64,000 nucleotides of DNA from Podarcis pityusensis (Eukaryota): NCBI GenBank assembly GCA_964106645.2, contig OZ067047.1; one strand, written 5' to 3'. The position numbers and the translations under genes are program-made. Position 1 is the stretch's first letter. The number at the start of each line of letters is the position of its first letter. Below, piece by piece: positions 61,766 through 64,000 of the stretch. A model generated the notes under the pieces. The model searched no databases. It worked only from the letters and a program-made list of their open reading frames with translations, and had not been told where the DNA came from.

Positions 61766-63437
61766 TCAAGACATGTCAGTCTCTCTACTGATCATATTTG
61801 TGACCTTCCCTTGTGACCCTGGCACAACAGTATCTGGGCTTGAGCCACAAGCCACCCAATTTGCATGGATTCCAAATTCAGGGTCTTGCAGATCTCACTG
61901 CGGAAGAACGATAAAGGGACACCACCTGCACGTAGCCTTTTAAAATGCATTCCAAGTCCCAGGCAGTACTCCACAGGAATATTTTATACTTCCTTATTGA
62001 TTTTTAGACAGAAGTATATGTCAACAAACAAATCTCTTGCATCGGTTCACCTCTTTATTCAGATACAACCCTTATTTAGTTCAATTGCATTTATTACTCC
62101 AACTCCCCATCCCCTAAGGGGTTGGAATGCCAAACAAACTAATAAATTACTAAAAGTATTTCCATATTTCACAGACAATTGTTTTGCAGACTGATTCCTT
62201 AATAAGGTGTAAAGTGTTTGGGTGTGATTAATTGTCACTGTATAAGAGGCGATTGCTGCTGTTCAGAACAGCACTCATGGTTTCCATCAAAATAAATATT
62301 GTCGGCAAACGACCTGAGAGGATAAAGATTCCTCCTTGGAGAATGACAGCCCATATTTCTGCCCATTTGGAGGGAAGTTCTGAATGTATCTGTGCACTTG
62401 CGGAAGTCTGCCAATTGGTATAAATAATATACCAGAGCCTTGGTCATGGGCCATCCCCTGACAGCTGCGGCAGAGCTGGTAGGCAGTGTGAGCCATTTCA
62501 ACACAGGTTGTAGATGCCACTGAGTGCCTAGAAGCCGTGCCAAGGCAGGTTGGAAAGTGATAAGATTCTTGCATCACACTGGGATAAATATACACCCTGC
62601 ATGTAATTATATGGAAAGGAAGAGCTGTGCTGTGTGTCAGAAGAAAGTGAATTGATGGGTTAGGGGAGTCAGCATGGGTGATTAATACAAAGCTCATGTA
62701 TTTTCCTTCCCTTTGTAATTTTTCTGTGTAGATTATGCCCCAAGGCTCTATGACTGAGACAGGACTCTTTAAATACTGGGGTTGGTATGTAGCTGGATTT
62801 GGGTGGGTGGTAATCAAAGTTGCTTTCTTCTTGCTCCCATATTCAGAACATGGTGCTGGTATCAGTGCACCGAACATTGTAGCTGCAATCCTAAATTGAA
62901 CATTTAGGCTGCAATCCTATGCCTACTTCCCCGAGAGTAAGCCCCATTAAACTCCATGGGACTCACAACTGAATAGGTATATATAGAATTGTGCTGTGTG
63001 TCGGCTATTGCTTGCTGTTGAATCTCCATGGCAAAACCTTTCATGTGCTACTGAAGGTCAGTGAAGAGAAGGAATAATGAGGCTAAGCCGCCTGCTTTAA
63101 TGTTTTCACTTGGTCCCCTTGTCTCACAGGAGAGCTAACACTAATGTACATTACTGTCAGAGCCAGAGGGTACTTATAAGTCCAGGCTGAGTAACTCATC
63201 TTTCCAACAGCAATGAGTTATGCTTGCACTCATCATCCAAGGGATCAATAAATTTAGTAGACACCCAACCTAGCATAAGAAAAAACTTTCAAAGCTTTTG
63301 ATTTGCCTCTGAGCCTTGTTATTTTTCTTAGCAATATGCAACCTTGAGTGCCACAGAAAAACCCCAATGCAGTGAAATTTTATTTTAACCCACTCTATTT
63401 AACCCACAGAAAATTAAGGAATACTGAAACTAGTGTG

Positions 63438-63474
63438 AACCAAACCAAACCAAACCAAACCAAACCAAACCAAA
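63438..63474. repeat. (AAACC)n microsatellite
   Basis: About 7 units. Confidence 0.95.
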
Positions 63475-64000
63475 GGAGGTTTTTATGAACATTGCTGTGC
63501 CTCTTGAAAAGTGTAATTCATTTAGGGATTTTTTTTTTCAGATGCAAATATTAGAACACAGGTTCCCAAACTGTGGTCTCTGTACTTCAGGTAGTCTGTG
63601 ACATGCCTGTGTCTTTGTGCTTGAAGACAGGAGATGGCACATCCATCACAATATATATTATTTAATATTGGTTTTAGGTTGCATTTAGGTTGCTTAGAAC
63701 CTGCCACATGATCAAAAAGCCTGTCAAATCAGGGTTGCCGACCATGTGCAGGATTTTACATGTGTTCAGCCACATGCACAAAGTTTACATCCAGGCCAGA
63801 GGATGGTTCTGCCTGCCAACTTACTCTCAGGGTGCACTTGTAGGGAAACAGATGGGAGGCAAAACTAGAACTGGTTTGCTCTGCTTGTCATTGGCTCCGT
63901 GTGTGCCTGTCATTCACTTCTGTTGCAACTACTATTGGCCTGCCTGCCTCCTGCTGCACCAGTCCAGCTGGAATGCAGACTATTTTAAAAGTGTCTTAGC

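Noticed and set aside
62287-62877. 196-aa minus-strand ORF as a novel gene
   Set aside because: No domain-like composition, homology cue or splice context visible; compatible with a chance ORF.
1-64000. Short ORFs in the six-frame track as host genes
   Set aside because: No recognisable domains or consistent exon chain. Many use alternative starts, overlap repeats or microsatellites, or are antisense to TE ORFs. Prokaryote-style systems (CRISPR, operons) do not apply to this vertebrate DNA.

Overview
Eukaryotic, vertebrate DNA. The repeat complement (Sauria/Squam1 SINEs, Squam3-like SINEs, Bov-B, squamate CR1/L2/L1, Penelope) points to a squamate reptile, most likely a lacertid lizard (inference). 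I see no intact host protein-coding exon, so the window is intergenic or lies inside a very large intron. Almost all long ORFs in the track are retroelement reverse-transcriptase fragments (CR1, RTE, Bov-B, Rex1/Babar, L1) or noise. Repeats include many hAT and Tc1/pogo MITEs with TSDs, two Gypsy-like solo LTRs, three DIRS/Ngaro-like non-autonomous elements and two short Penelope insertions. Highlights: (1) a complete minimal hammerhead-ribozyme motif in one Penelope copy, and a second copy folded back exactly on the ribozyme's stem II into a 62-bp-arm palindrome; (2) a reading frame inside the solo LTRs with strong synonymous bias; (3) a conserved, covarying base-paired structure in the DIRS/Ngaro-like family; (4) a degraded intronless SCAN-KRAB retrocopy without zinc fingers, missed by the ORF track; (5) three local non-tandem duplications of about 200-280 bp between 29.6 and 44.9 kb; (6) a perfect DR5 retinoic-acid response element next to Hox and Sox sites in a repeat-free, CNE-like block. 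Family names come from recalled sequence patterns, not database searches.
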